Below the pieces are notes generated by a model. That model was not told the DNA's origin and made no database searches. It saw nothing but the letters and a program-made list of their open reading frames with translations. DNA of 64,000 nt from an uncultured Parachlamydiaceae bacterium (GTDB lineage Bacteria; Chlamydiota; Chlamydiia; Chlamydiales; Parachlamydiaceae): contig CAVULX010000003.1 of NCBI GenBank assembly GCA_963742415.1, forward strand, positions 800,001 to 864,000, written 5' to 3'. A program made the translations under genes and the position numbers. Positions 1-10,087 of the stretch are shown one piece after another (position 1 is the stretch's first letter; each line of letters begins with the position of its first letter).

Positions 1-378
1 ACCAAACCGTTCTCCCCAAAAGTGTTATTTTCTCGGGTCAGAGCTGTTTTAAGGCGAGGTAAAGAGCCTGAAAAGGCTGTCAAAGTCATTGAGTTCGGTC
101 AATTCACTTTAGAAGCAGACCGGTATCAGCTCCGAAAAAAAGATAAATATATCCCCCTCACACTATCTGAATTCGGCATCTTGCGCCGCTTGCTCCTTAA
201 TCGAGGTAAAGTTTTAACGCGCAATCAACTCTTGGACGATGTTCAAAACAGCGATGCGTTCATCGTGGACCGCAACATAGACGTTCATGTGGCTTCCTTA
301 AGAAAAAAGCTCGGCCCTAACTTTGATTGGATTGAAACTGTTCGCGGCGTTGGCTACCGTTTCAAAGAAGAAGAATAA
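1..378 (+). CDS. OmpR/PhoB-family response regulator, C-terminal part (5' end outside window)
   Basis: Frame open from base 1 (TKPFSPKV, end of receiver domain), then winged-helix motifs LTLSEFGILRRL, VLTRNQLL, RNIDVHVASLRKKL, IETVRGVGYRF. Confidence 0.9.
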   Translation, partial: TKPFSPKVLFSRVRAVLRRGKEPEKAVKVIEFGQFTLEADRYQLRKKDKYIPLTLSEFGILRRLLLNRGKVLTRNQLLDDVQNSDAFIVDRNIDVHVASLRKKLGPNFDWIETVRGVGYRFKEEE

Positions 379-399
379 AAAAAACTTTTTTTTAGCCTT

Positions 400-1476
400 C
401 TAGTCATATCCAACACTTTTTTCCCTGCCCAATTCCTTCAACCTCACATAATGGGATCTAATTGCGCTTAAAAAGGTGGGATTTTCATGATAAGGAAGTC
501 CGTGTTCTTCTGCAGTGGCTTTTACAATGGGCTGGATGGCCGGATAGTGGACATGGCAAATATAGGGGAACAGATGGTGTTCAATTTGATAATTTAAACC
601 CCCAATAAGATGGGTTAATAGAAGATTGTGGGTGGCAAAATTTGCAGTCGTCAAAATTTCATGGGCTGCCCAATAATTGGCAATAGCCCCCTGATCGTCA
701 GGCTCAAAATAACTGACATTATCTACAATGTGGGCAAGCTGGAAAATGATCGATACCATGATGCCCGCTGCAAAATGAGCGCTAAGGAATCCTAGCAAAA
801 TAATCCAAAAAGGGAGATTGACCACCAGCAAAGGCAAAATGATCAGTAAAAAAATATTAAGAAACTTAAATCCAAAAAAAATCCCCAAATCTTTTCGAGG
901 CATCCGCCCTTTTTGATATTCCTTCCACATAATTGTATAATCTGTATAAAAAATCCAATTGATCGACACTAAAGAATATAAGAAGATGGCATAAATATTT
1001 TGATAAAAATGGAAGGGATATTGATGGTCTTTAGGATTTAACCTAAGGAGAATCGCTTTGTTGATATCTTCATCATATCCAGGGATATTGGTATAGGTAT
1101 GATGAAGGGTGTTGTGGGTAATTTTCCAAGCTTCTGAACTTATTCCATTTAAGTCGTATAGATAACCCATCATCTTATTTACCCAAGGCTTTTCTGAAAA
1201 GGCTCCGTGGAGAGCATCATGAACGATGGTAAAATTAATCAAGCTGGTTGCTAAGCCAAAGAGCATAAAGGTAAATATAAAAGCAAGCGGGGACAATAAG
1301 TTAGAAAGGAGCGTAATGTATAAACCAAGCTGAATCAAAAGAACCACAGAGGCCTTCATCCAAAGAAGAGCATTCCCTTTTGTAGAAAGATGATTTTGAA
1401 CAAAATATCGATCTACCCTCTCTTTCAAGACTTTATAAAACTCTTTGTTTTGAGTGCCTTCGAACTTTATCTTCAT
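400..1476 (-). CDS. Membrane fatty acid (acyl-CoA/acyl-lipid) desaturase
   Basis: Three His boxes HDALH, HNTLHHTYTN, QIEHHLFP plus hydrophobic segments; ATG at 1476 after GAAGGGGA preferred over ORF-track start 1542. Confidence 0.9.
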   Translation of the reverse strand: MKIKFEGTQNKEFYKVLKERVDRYFVQNHLSTKGNALLWMKASVVLLIQLGLYITLLSNLLSPLAFIFTFMLFGLATSLINFTIVHDALHGAFSEKPWVNKMMGYLYDLNGISSEAWKITHNTLHHTYTNIPGYDEDINKAILLRLNPKDHQYPFHFYQNIYAIFLYSLVSINWIFYTDYTIMWKEYQKGRMPRKDLGIFFGFKFLNIFLLIILPLLVVNLPFWIILLGFLSAHFAAGIMVSIIFQLAHIVDNVSYFEPDDQGAIANYWAAHEILTTANFATHNLLLTHLIGGLNYQIEHHLFPYICHVHYPAIQPIVKATAEEHGLPYHENPTFLSAIRSHYVRLKELGREKSVGYD

Positions 1477-1819
1477 ATGTTCCCCTTCTTTTATTTCACT
1501 CCTCAAAAGAGAAATTTGCAATAGTTTTTTTCCTGTCCTCAAAGTATTCAGGATAAGAATTAAAGATAAATTATTAGTTAAATATATTTAATAGATATTA
1601 TTAACTTTTATTATATTTTAATATTATTTTTTTATAAAAATAGTATTTTAATTTTTAAATAAATTTTATTTTGAAAAACTTTTTGCTTTGAGACGTAAAG
1701 CTTCTTGACTCAAGATGATATATTCCACTGTCCAAAAATATGGCATGGAATGCTACCTCAAAATATTGTCTGATAAGAAATTCAGCCTAAGGTAAGGTGG
1801 AGTAAACGGGAGAGATTAA

Positions 1820-2311
1820 GTGAGAGCTTTATATCCAGGTGTGTTTGATCCGCCTACGTTGGGGCATCTCGATATCATTCAGCGGGCTTCTTTGCTCTAT
1901 AGTTCTTTAATCGTGGGGATTACCGAAAATAGAAGCCTTAAGAAGCCGATCCTTTCTGTGGAAGATAGGGCGATGCTGCTTCGGAAGTGTACAACACATT
2001 TAAAAAATGTGGAAATCGTCCATTTTAGCTCTTTGACAGTGGAGTTCTGCAAACAACGGCAAATCGATGTGATGATCCGAGCCTTGCGCACATCGGCCGA
2101 TTTTGCGCATGAATTTTCTTTAGCTTCTGCGAATCGGCAAATGGCAGGGGTTGAGACATGCTTCTTGTTGGCCAGCCCCTGTTATAGTCATATTAGTTCT
2201 TCTCTCGTAAGAGAAATTGCCTTTTCAGGAGGTCGTCTGCACCATTTTGTGCCGGATGACATCGAAGAATTTGTATTCGAAAAATTAAATCAAAGCCCTA
2301 GAAAAGGATAA
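1820..2311 (+). CDS. coaD: Phosphopantetheine adenylyltransferase
   Basis: ALYPGVFDPPTLGHLDII, IRALRTSADFAHE, ISSSLVREIA; 163 aa. Confidence 0.92.
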   Translation: MRALYPGVFDPPTLGHLDIIQRASLLYSSLIVGITENRSLKKPILSVEDRAMLLRKCTTHLKNVEIVHFSSLTVEFCKQRQIDVMIRALRTSADFAHEFSLASANRQMAGVETCFLLASPCYSHISSSLVREIAFSGGRLHHFVPDDIEEFVFEKLNQSPRKG

Positions 2312-2671
2312 ACCAGATATTAAACAACAACAGCAGCGCCATTCTGTTCTTTGGCTTAGTATTCGTTTACAAGAGATATTAGACTTTATAGGTTGAGAAT
2401 TCTAAGGTATCGGTTTCAGGACGAAAAACATCAATATGCTTAATGATCTTTGAAAGACATTGGTTTTTGTATAAACAGGTGGGTCAAAATCATTCGGCCA
2501 AAGTATAGTATTTGTTGTTGAACTAAGTTTTGGGCTAAACATAACAAGTTATTATAAATATAATATAATGAAGTTATAACATGTATTAAAAAATTAACTG
2601 TATCCTTTTTTAATTATAAAAGTCAAATTAAAACACATATCAATTATATTAATATTCAACATCCACACACT

Positions 2672-3421
2672 TCATGATTGTTCGTAGTAGGCGGCGATCC
2701 CTTGGGCTATGCCCCAAGCGAGCTTTTTGATATAGACCGGATCTTTGAGCTTCAGCATTTCGTCATCATTAGTCAGGAAGCCCCCCTCAATTAAAATCGC
2801 GGGCATATTTGTTAAACGGATCACAGCGAAATCTCCATGTTTAACACCGCGTGATTTTGCTTGCGTGTTAGCAATCGTTTTATCCAAGACATTTCTGGCT
2901 AGAAGGCGGGAAGCTTGCACTCTTTTTTTATCCTGATCAGTCTTGTAAAAAAAGACTTCAATCCCATCTGCTTCTTTGCTTGGCGCCGAGTTATAATGGA
3001 CGCTCACAAATAATTTACCCTTTTTTTCATTAGCAAAAATAGCCCGTTGATCTAAGGGGATAAAGGTGTCGTCTGAGCGGGTCATAACGGTTGAAAAACC
3101 CAATTGTTTCAAAAAGGCGCTAAGTATTTTGGCGGTGGCTAAATTAAGGTTTTTTTCATAGTAGGTCGGTTTAGAGAGCGATTGAGCCCCGTAGTCATCC
3201 CCTCCATGACCCGGATCAATAATAATCAAAGCTCTATCTGCGTCATTTGTTTTCTTTTGCCCTAAGCCATATATCATCTCTTTTGGCATGGGGGGAAGAG
3301 GTGTCCCATTACCAACGTCTTTCACTCGGCATGGGGGCAATGAAGATGGGCAGACTTGAGATTTTGTACAAGCTGTCAATGTTAAACAAAAACAAATAAA
3401 TGTAAAAAAAACTTTAAACAT
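2672..3421 (-). CDS. amiA: N-acetylmuramoyl-L-alanine amidase (Amidase_3)
   Basis: IIIDPGHGGDD, EKNLNL, FVSVHYNSA, PAILIEGGFLTN; downstream of murE as in Chlamydia. Confidence 0.92.
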   Translation of the reverse strand: MFKVFFTFICFCLTLTACTKSQVCPSSLPPCRVKDVGNGTPLPPMPKEMIYGLGQKKTNDADRALIIIDPGHGGDDYGAQSLSKPTYYEKNLNLATAKILSAFLKQLGFSTVMTRSDDTFIPLDQRAIFANEKKGKLFVSVHYNSAPSKEADGIEVFFYKTDQDKKRVQASRLLARNVLDKTIANTQAKSRGVKHGDFAVIRLTNMPAILIEGGFLTNDDEMLKLKDPVYIKKLAWGIAQGIAAYYEQS

Positions 3422-3448
3422 AGTAGAGGATGAAATTTTTTCTATAGG

Positions 3449-4954
3449 TTATTTTTTTGGGGGTTGACTTTTTTGTTCTTTCAAAGCACATAGTTGCGAG
3501 GCAATTTTGACGTCGTCAAATTCAATGGTCTTATGGGCAAAGACTTGATAAGGTTCATGCCCTTTGCCGGCTATAAGGATGATATCTTCCGGATGCGCGC
3601 TCTCGATAGCTTTTGCGATGGCTTCCCGACGATCGATTTCTACAAGATAACTATCTTTTTTATGAAAACCTGTAATAATTTCTTTCACAATATCTGCAGG
3701 ATTTTCTGATCGGGGATTATCTGAGGTGACAATGGAAAGATCTGAATATTCTTCACTGGCCTGCGCCATCTTTGGCCGTTTCGAACGGTCCCGATCCCCT
3801 CCGCAGCCAAACACGGTGATCAACTGTCTTTTTTTGATTTCTTGCAAGCATTCCAACACATTGATCAAGGCGTCATCAGAGTGGGCAAAATCCACGTAGA
3901 TTTTTAAGCCCAAGCTGTTCGGAACCATCTGCAGCCGTCCTGGAACAGAAGGGGCTGTTTGTAAAATATCTAAAATGGCATCAAGAGGGGCTCCAAGGCT
4001 TATCCCTGTAGCCACAGCAGCCAAGCAATTATAAACATTAAAACGGCCCACTAAAGGAAATTTGAAAGGGTATGACCGGCCTTGATATGAGATGTCAAAG
4101 GAGGTGTAATCCGGAGCCAGTATGATATTGGAGGCATAACAGTCTGCGGGGTTGATGATCCCGTAAGTCAATGTTTGGGCTTGGCACCCTTTTAAAACAC
4201 GAGGGTGCCAGAAGCTGTCTACATTAACAATGGCAGTTTTGGTCGTATTTTTTCCCGGTTTCTTTTGAGAGGGATCTAAGGAGCGGAAAAGCTTATTTTT
4301 AACATCGCAATACTGCTCCATCGTATGGTGGTAATCGAGATGGTCTAAAGTAAGGTTGGTAAACACCGCGGCGTCGTAATGAATCCCGTCAGTCCGCCCT
4401 TGGTCAAGGGCATGGGAAGTGACCTCCATGACTGCGGAAGAGCACCCTTGGACAAGCATTTCCCTTAGCATCTTTTGGTTCGTCGTCACATCTGGGGTGG
4501 TCCTTGTAGCTTGGTACCGGTGCCGGCCTATAATATATTCGACAGTTCCGATCAGCCCGCAAGGTCCTTGGAGCTTGTCAAGAAGGTGTTTAATAAGAAA
4601 GGTCGTTGTGGTTTTTCCGTTCGTGCCGGTCACTCCGACCGTAAAAAGCTCGTTGCTGGGGAACTGATAATAACTTGCTGCTAGAAGCCCTTCAATGCTA
4701 GCGACGTGAGGGTGAACCAGCTGGGCAATATTTTTGAAAGAAGGATCATAGATATCTGTCAGGACAGCTACAGCGCCGGCTTCTATGGCTTCAGGAATGA
4801 ACGTAGCCCCATCATCGACGCGCCCCCTTTTAGCAATAAATAGATTTCCTGGAGCCACCAGCTTCGAGTTGGCACAAATTCCCGTGATCTCGATCTCTTT
4901 AGATCCTTTGAATTGCTTAAGAGGTAAGTTCTTAATAAGTTTTTTTAATTTCAT
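3449..4954 (-). CDS. murE: UDP-N-acetylmuramoyl-L-alanyl-D-glutamate--2,6-diaminopimelate ligase
   Basis: GVTGTNGKTTT, MEVTSHAL, TNLTLDHLDYH, FGCGGDRD, DNPR (mDAP-type), IAGKGHE; start 4954 or 4972. Confidence 0.95.
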   Translation of the reverse strand: MKLKKLIKNLPLKQFKGSKEIEITGICANSKLVAPGNLFIAKRGRVDDGATFIPEAIEAGAVAVLTDIYDPSFKNIAQLVHPHVASIEGLLAASYYQFPSNELFTVGVTGTNGKTTTTFLIKHLLDKLQGPCGLIGTVEYIIGRHRYQATRTTPDVTTNQKMLREMLVQGCSSAVMEVTSHALDQGRTDGIHYDAAVFTNLTLDHLDYHHTMEQYCDVKNKLFRSLDPSQKKPGKNTTKTAIVNVDSFWHPRVLKGCQAQTLTYGIINPADCYASNIILAPDYTSFDISYQGRSYPFKFPLVGRFNVYNCLAAVATGISLGAPLDAILDILQTAPSVPGRLQMVPNSLGLKIYVDFAHSDDALINVLECLQEIKKRQLITVFGCGGDRDRSKRPKMAQASEEYSDLSIVTSDNPRSENPADIVKEIITGFHKKDSYLVEIDRREAIAKAIESAHPEDIILIAGKGHEPYQVFAHKTIEFDDVKIASQLCALKEQKSQPPKK

Positions 4955-6974
4955 TCCGTTTTTGCTTGTCACTTAAATCATGGTTATTCCACTTTTCATA
5001 CATTTCTTGCAACTGTCTCGTTTCTTTGGCCCAGTCGGCTTTATTAGGATCGTATCTTGGATCACCCACAGGATAGCCGTAAGGATCATCGGGGGGGATT
5101 CCTAAATATTCCAAGACACGTTTGGCGATTTCCCTAAATACGGGAGTAGCGCAGGTTCCCCCGTGGTGATTTTTTCCAAGTCCCGGGACAAAGCCATATT
5201 CCGGTTCATCCATGGTGACGACGATGACAAAAGCAGGGTGATTGACGGGGGTAAACCCGACGAATGTAGAGCAGTAGAGTATGTTCGAATAAACACCGTT
5301 GATGACTTTTTGAGCGGTTCCCGATTTCCCTGCTTCCGTGTAGCCTGGAACATCGGCGCGGCGGCATGTGCCTCCCGGTTTTGTTGAGTATTTTAAAGCC
5401 GTCGTCACTCGCCGGGCAATGTCTTCATTGAGGACTCGAGGAAATCGGAGAATTCTGTCAGGTTTTGTATGATCCAATAAGATCTCTTCCGAACCATCGG
5501 AGTGGGTTTTCACGATTTTTTTTATTAAAGTTGGCTGGACAAGAAACCCACCGTTGGCAAAAATAGCGAAAGCGCGGGCGATTTGGAGGGAGCTGGCTTG
5601 GATGTTATGCCCCATGGCAAGGGAGTAAGGAGTTGGAACAGACCATTCTAAAGCTCCGTTAGGATGCTTTTTGCCTGGGGTTGGGACAAGCCCGATCCCC
5701 TCAGATGGCAATTCAATCCCTGTTTTCTCCCCAAAGCCAAAAGTATCGTGTAGAGCCCGTTTGTACCAATTGTTCCCCATCTGTTGAATGACTTTATCAA
5801 TTAACCTGGCGACGTAAATATTGGAAGATTTTCGGATGGCCATATTCATGTTCAAAAAGGAATGCATGTGCAAATCTTTTAAAGGCTTGCGTCCAGGAAA
5901 ACGGCAGTCGGAGGTGGCCATTTTTTCTTCAGGGTCAAAAAGTGGCGCTTTTCCCAGGGCCTTAAGTTCCTGATTGGCTTTAAGCGCTATAGCCACAGTG
6001 ATGGGTTTCATGACCGATCCAGGCTCATTCGCGTCGACAACGGCTTTAATGCGTGCATCGTCTATCCGCTTAGGATCAGCATAATAGGTTTGGTACTCAG
6101 AAGGGTTAAAAAAGGGGTAATGGGCTAAGGCGAGAATCTCTCCGGTTCTGGGCTCTAACAGGATGGCCCACCCAGATTTAGCTTTACAATTTTGGACTCC
6201 TCGAGCTAATTCCTCCTCGGCAATGGCTTGTAAATAATGGTTGATCGTTAAGTAAATATCAGCACCATTCTCCGGCGATGCAATGACTTCTCCAAGCTCT
6301 AAAGAATGTCGAGGGGATCTCATGAGGCGCCTTTTTCCCTCTTTTCCTTTTAAATATTGATTGAAATAAAGTTCTAGGCCTCCCGTGGGAATGGCTTGCC
6401 CTGTTTTTTCGTCTTTTAGATTTTGGACCGTCTGTAAGACTTGCCCAAGAAGTTTGCCAAAAGGATAAGAGCGTTGATAGTCATGGGTAAAAAACAGCGC
6501 ATTCCGGGGGATCCGATGGTTCTTCGCATAAGAAAGCCACCAGTTTGATATTTGGTCGCGCGTATCCTTGTCCAGCCACATAGCCAGCTTTCGGTCACGG
6601 CTTTTTAAGAGAAAATGGGTGATAAACTGTTTTTTTTCTTCTTGCGGAACATTTAATAATGCCATGAGCTCTAAGAAAATGGTCTTTTTGAACTCTTGAG
6701 GAATAGATTCCGGATCAATATGCAAGTGGAATGTCAAAATATCAGTAACCAGTTTCTGGGGGATTTCCGGATGATCTTGCTTGATAGCAGTATTTGAGTA
6801 GAATGAACCCCGTAAAAAAGGCTCTTTGACAACAAAAAAATGCTGTTTGGTTGCTTCTCGAGCCCATTTATCCCCCTCCTGAACTTGAATGGTGTAAAAC
6901 TGAGCGACTAAAAGCCCGAATAGCGAAAAAAGGAAAAGGGCTAAACAAACTAAACGTTTTCTTCCAGAGATCAT
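4932..6974 (-). CDS. ftsI: Penicillin-binding protein 3 (class B transpeptidase)
   Basis: N-terminal TM anchor, EPGSVMKP (SxxK), SSN, GKSGTAQK; between ftsL and murE. Confidence 0.93.
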   Translation of the reverse strand: MISGRKRLVCLALFLFSLFGLLVAQFYTIQVQEGDKWAREATKQHFFVVKEPFLRGSFYSNTAIKQDHPEIPQKLVTDILTFHLHIDPESIPQEFKKTIFLELMALLNVPQEEKKQFITHFLLKSRDRKLAMWLDKDTRDQISNWWLSYAKNHRIPRNALFFTHDYQRSYPFGKLLGQVLQTVQNLKDEKTGQAIPTGGLELYFNQYLKGKEGKRRLMRSPRHSLELGEVIASPENGADIYLTINHYLQAIAEEELARGVQNCKAKSGWAILLEPRTGEILALAHYPFFNPSEYQTYYADPKRIDDARIKAVVDANEPGSVMKPITVAIALKANQELKALGKAPLFDPEEKMATSDCRFPGRKPLKDLHMHSFLNMNMAIRKSSNIYVARLIDKVIQQMGNNWYKRALHDTFGFGEKTGIELPSEGIGLVPTPGKKHPNGALEWSVPTPYSLAMGHNIQASSLQIARAFAIFANGGFLVQPTLIKKIVKTHSDGSEEILLDHTKPDRILRFPRVLNEDIARRVTTALKYSTKPGGTCRRADVPGYTEAGKSGTAQKVINGVYSNILYCSTFVGFTPVNHPAFVIVVTMDEPEYGFVPGLGKNHHGGTCATPVFREIAKRVLEYLGIPPDDPYGYPVGDPRYDPNKADWAKETRQLQEMYEKWNNHDLSDKQKRNEIKKTY

Positions 6975-7294
6975 TGGGGAGATTCCTCTAAAGTCAAAGG
7001 AGGGGGTTCCGGTAAGGTAATCACACTGGAAGTATAGGGGTATTTGAGATGGGTAAATTCAGGTCTTCGTGATAATTCCATCAAATGGATCGGATTTTCG
7101 AACCGGTCAATTTGGAATTGCAGTCGGGCGTTTTCTTCTTGAATGCCTTTCACTTCTTTTTGTAAGGAGGGAAGAGCGAGTCGCAATTCGACGAGTTCAT
7201 TTTGCTTATCGATGTAAGCATACAGGGTCCATCCAATCGCAAAGATGCAGATCAAAACACGCAGACTGGTCCAAAGGGTGTTTGATGCTCTCAT
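6971..7294 (-). CDS. ftsL: FtsL-like cell division protein
   Basis: Small TM plus coiled-coil protein between rsmH and ftsI with overlapping start/stop codons. Confidence 0.7.
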   Translation of the reverse strand: MRASNTLWTSLRVLICIFAIGWTLYAYIDKQNELVELRLALPSLQKEVKGIQEENARLQFQIDRFENPIHLMELSRRPEFTHLKYPYTSSVITLPEPPPLTLEESPQ

Positions 7295-8226
7295 AATTTT
7301 TCTATCACCCGAAGTTTTGCACTCCGGCTCCGGGGGTTCCGTTCTATTTCTGAGGCGTTGGCAATGACAGGTTTTTTTGTGATCACCTTGATCGAAGGGG
7401 GTTTATCCCGAAATAAGCCCCCTAAACCCGAGGTGTCCTCTTTATCGGAAGCTTCATACTGAAAAAAATGTTTCACAATCCGATCCTCTAAACTATGAAA
7501 ACTTATTACAGCTAGTCTCCCCCCTTGCCTTAAGCTTTTCAACGCTTGAGGCAGGACGGCGCGCAATGCCTCCAGCTCCCCATTGACAAAAATCCGAAGT
7601 CCTTGAAAGACAAGAGTAAGTGGATTGATATCCTTTTTTGCTCTCCGCTTTAATATCGGATATAACGTATCAGCCAAATCTTTCGTCGTCTGAAAGGGCT
7701 TCTTTTCCCTCCTTTTGACGATAGTTCTTGCCGCAAGCTTCCACTGCTTTTCTTCCCCATAATCACGTAAAATTTTCCCAATTTCAACCTCGGACCAAGT
7801 ATTGATAACGACTGCAGCGGTCAAGGGGTTGTCGGGATCCATCCTCATGTCTAAAGGTCCTTCATGCATAAAACTGAACCCTTTTTCAGGCATGTTTAAC
7901 TGCATAGATGAAACCCCCAAATCGATTAAAATTCCATCCAAGGGAGGGAGGTTTAAGGAACCCAAAATTGTATGGAAATCACGAAAGTTTCCAGGGATGA
8001 AGGTCGACTTTTCCTTCCATGGCAGGAGTTGTTGCATGGCGATTTGACGGGCGGCAGGATCTTGGTCGATCCCAACAAATCGGACGATCTCAGGATGGGA
8101 AGTCAATAGGGCTTTGGCATGGCCCGCCGCACCTAGAGTGCAATCAACAAAAGTGGGAATCTGAAGGTCTTTGAAAAAAAAGAGAATTTCATCAAGAAGA
8201 ACAGGAGTATGAGCCGATGATGACAT
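7291..8226 (-). CDS. rsmH: 16S rRNA m4C1402 methyltransferase
   Basis: HTPVLL, DCTLGAAGHA, DLGVSSMQL, GPLDMRMD, ISFHSLEDRIVK, NPRSRSAKLR. Confidence 0.96.
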   Translation of the reverse strand: MSSSAHTPVLLDEILFFFKDLQIPTFVDCTLGAAGHAKALLTSHPEIVRFVGIDQDPAARQIAMQQLLPWKEKSTFIPGNFRDFHTILGSLNLPPLDGILIDLGVSSMQLNMPEKGFSFMHEGPLDMRMDPDNPLTAAVVINTWSEVEIGKILRDYGEEKQWKLAARTIVKRREKKPFQTTKDLADTLYPILKRRAKKDINPLTLVFQGLRIFVNGELEALRAVLPQALKSLRQGGRLAVISFHSLEDRIVKHFFQYEASDKEDTSGLGGLFRDKPPSIKVITKKPVIANASEIERNPRSRSAKLRVIEKL

Positions 8227-8300
8227 AAAGAAAACCTTACCAAAATATCTAATAGTTGATAAAATTAATATGTGGAGTTGGTACTCTTAATCGAGGTGAT

Positions 8301-8750
8301 ATGGCTACTATTGACAAATTAGATTTAAGTGTCTACAACCTTTATGCCATTCGCACCAAAATGATCGAACAGATCGAGGAGCAGATCCCGATTGCCAAGG
8401 CGGGAACCATCCCTCCTCATACGACGATTTTTGGGACTTTCCAACAGTTGACTGAAATCGATATCCTCCTTGGCGTTGTTCCATTGTTTACCCCTTGGGC
8501 TTATTTTTACCCCCCAAAAAATTTTCGTAACCAAAGGCGTTCATCTTTTGCTTTTTATAGGGTCGCACCTTCTCTGGGATCCTTCAAAGAACAAGAAGAG
8601 GAAGAAGCGCGTTTAGCTGCCATCCCATGTGCAAACCCCCAAGAAGAAGCACAAAAAGCATCCCTAACCTCTTGTTTCAAAATGATCAGTAAGCTGAATG
8701 GATGGCTCAGTTTCATTGTTGGACGCGTCGGCCAGTTCCTACAAGGGTAA
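8301..8750 (+). CDS. Conserved chlamydial hypothetical protein (CT273-like by synteny)
   Basis: ATG at 8301 after GAGGTG; divergent from rsmH and upstream of a TPR gene, as in Chlamydia. Confidence 0.65.
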   Translation: MATIDKLDLSVYNLYAIRTKMIEQIEEQIPIAKAGTIPPHTTIFGTFQQLTEIDILLGVVPLFTPWAYFYPPKNFRNQRRSSFAFYRVAPSLGSFKEQEEEEARLAAIPCANPQEEAQKASLTSCFKMISKLNGWLSFIVGRVGQFLQG

Positions 8751-8757
8751 TCTGTAG

Positions 8758-9153
8758 ATGAGTACAAAAAATTGGCTTCAGGAATTGGGATGGAATGAAG
8801 AGCAGGTTGAAGATCTCCGTTTCACAGGGTTTGCTTACATTCGACAAGGTAAGTACGATATAGCTTTGCCTTTCTTCGAAGCCCTTGTCGTCTTAGAGCC
8901 TGAAAGCTCTTACGACGCCCAAACTTTGGGCGCCCTTTATCTCCAACTTAACAATCCTGTAAAGGCTTTAAAGGCCATCGATAAAGCTCTTAAATTGGAC
9001 GCCGATCATGCACCTACCCTCCTCAATTTGACGAAAGCCCTCCTTATGTTGGGGCGGACGGACGATGCTTTAAAACTCGCCAATATCCTTAAAAATGAAC
9101 AAGATCCGATGATTTCCAATATCGCTAAAGCCCTGATTTTAGCTTGGAGTTAA
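8758..9153 (+). CDS. TPR protein, putative type III secretion chaperone (CT274-like)
   Basis: TPR-like helices (GFAYIRQGKYDIALPFFEAL; LGALYLQLNNPVKALKAIDKAL); synteny. Confidence 0.75.
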   Translation: MSTKNWLQELGWNEEQVEDLRFTGFAYIRQGKYDIALPFFEALVVLEPESSYDAQTLGALYLQLNNPVKALKAIDKALKLDADHAPTLLNLTKALLMLGRTDDALKLANILKNEQDPMISNIAKALILAWS

Positions 9154-9173
9154 CAACTCAGGTTATAACAGCA

Positions 9174-9222
9174 AGAAAGCCAAAAACCACAGCGATTGCG
9201 TCTCTGTGGTTTTTGGCTTTCT
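9174..9222. terminator. Hairpin between convergent genes, likely bidirectional terminator
   Basis: 19-bp perfect inverted repeat agaaagccaaaaaccacag / ctgtggtttttggctttct with 11-nt loop. Confidence 0.7.
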
Positions 9223-9251
9223 CTGATTTTCTATTTTTCCATTATCTACGA

Positions 9252-10007
9252 TCATTCTCGATTGGCTGCAGAACGCTTGTCTTTCATCTTTTGGTAAACA
9301 AGACGAACAGCTAAGTTTTTATCTGATAAAGCGCATTTTCCTCGCCCTTTACAGGCGCTTTGGCCAGCACAGTTATTGTTACTGCTTCGGCAGGCATTTA
9401 AATGGGAACAGACATTCGTCGCAGCACAACGGGTACTCGCCACCTGTAAAGCTAAAGCTTTACCTGCGGGTGAAAGGCTTTCATAGAGTTTGATTCCATC
9501 TTTGTTGAGTTCTAGCTTGAGCTCTTCTTCCGACATCAAATGATAACCTAAATTACCATCGTTAGGATCACTGTTGGAGTCAGAATTGTTTGAATTGCCG
9601 CCAGAATTTTTATCAAGATTTTTAATTGGCAACTTGGTTTGGGTAGGGTCCCGATCGGCGATGCTGCCGCATCCATGGCTGCAACTGTGATCCCATGCTG
9701 GGGCGTTGCGATCGGCGATGCTGCCGCATCCATGGCTGCAACTGTGATCCCACGAAGGGGCGCCACGGTTGCCTAGGCTGCCGCACCCATGGCTGCAACT
9801 GTGATCCCAGGAAGGGTTGCTTGAGTCTGCTAAGCCTGGACATCCATTTTTCCCTTTGCATGCATGCTTTGTCGCTGCCGCAAGCATTTGACCTGACACC
9901 GGATTATCGCTGCTTTCATCGGCAAATGCCGCACCGGTTTGACTTGATATAAACAGTCCGCTCGCCATTCCCATTAAGGCTAAATTTTTCAAATCCCGTT
10001 TTTTCAT
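9252..10007 (-). CDS. Secreted Cys/His-rich repeat protein (putative RiPP precursor or metal-binding protein), paralog 1
   Basis: Signal peptide MKKRDLKNLALMG...AAFA, RBS AGGAG, 3x WDHSCSHGCGS, C-terminal CAATNVCSHLNACRSSNNNCAGQSACKGRGKC. Confidence 0.8.
   Translation of the reverse strand: MKKRDLKNLALMGMASGLFISSQTGAAFADESSDNPVSGQMLAAATKHACKGKNGCPGLADSSNPSWDHSCSHGCGSLGNRGAPSWDHSCSHGCGSIADRNAPAWDHSCSHGCGSIADRDPTQTKLPIKNLDKNSGGNSNNSDSNSDPNDGNLGYHLMSEEELKLELNKDGIKLYESLSPAGKALALQVASTRCAATNVCSHLNACRSSNNNCAGQSACKGRGKCALSDKNLAVRLVYQKMKDKRSAANRE
9652..9816 (-). repeat. Coding tandem repeat, about 3 x 57 bp
   Basis: Unit containing gctgccgcatccatggctgcaactgtgatccca (+ strand) at 57-bp spacing. Confidence 0.9.
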
Positions 10008-10037
10008 TGAAGTAACTCCTTGTGTTGCAGGGGACTA

Positions 10038-10074
10038 TTCCATGAGAACCGGCCCTAAAGCCGGTTCCATGGAA
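10038..10074 (-). terminator. Hairpin between the two Cys-rich paralogs (weak terminator or mRNA-stabilising stem)
   Basis: ttccatgagaaccggc...gccggttccatggaa imperfect inverted repeat; no clear U-tail on the minus strand. Confidence 0.45.
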
Positions 10075-10087
10075 ATTTTAGTTTTGA

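Noticed and set aside
1543..1700. Extremely AT-rich stretch as a possible replication origin
   Set aside because: No DnaA-box cluster recognised; consistent with a divergent promoter region.
2312..2671. Short minus-strand reading frames between coaD and amiA
   Set aside because: Under 50 codons with no recognisable motif; may be a gene remnant but cannot be supported.
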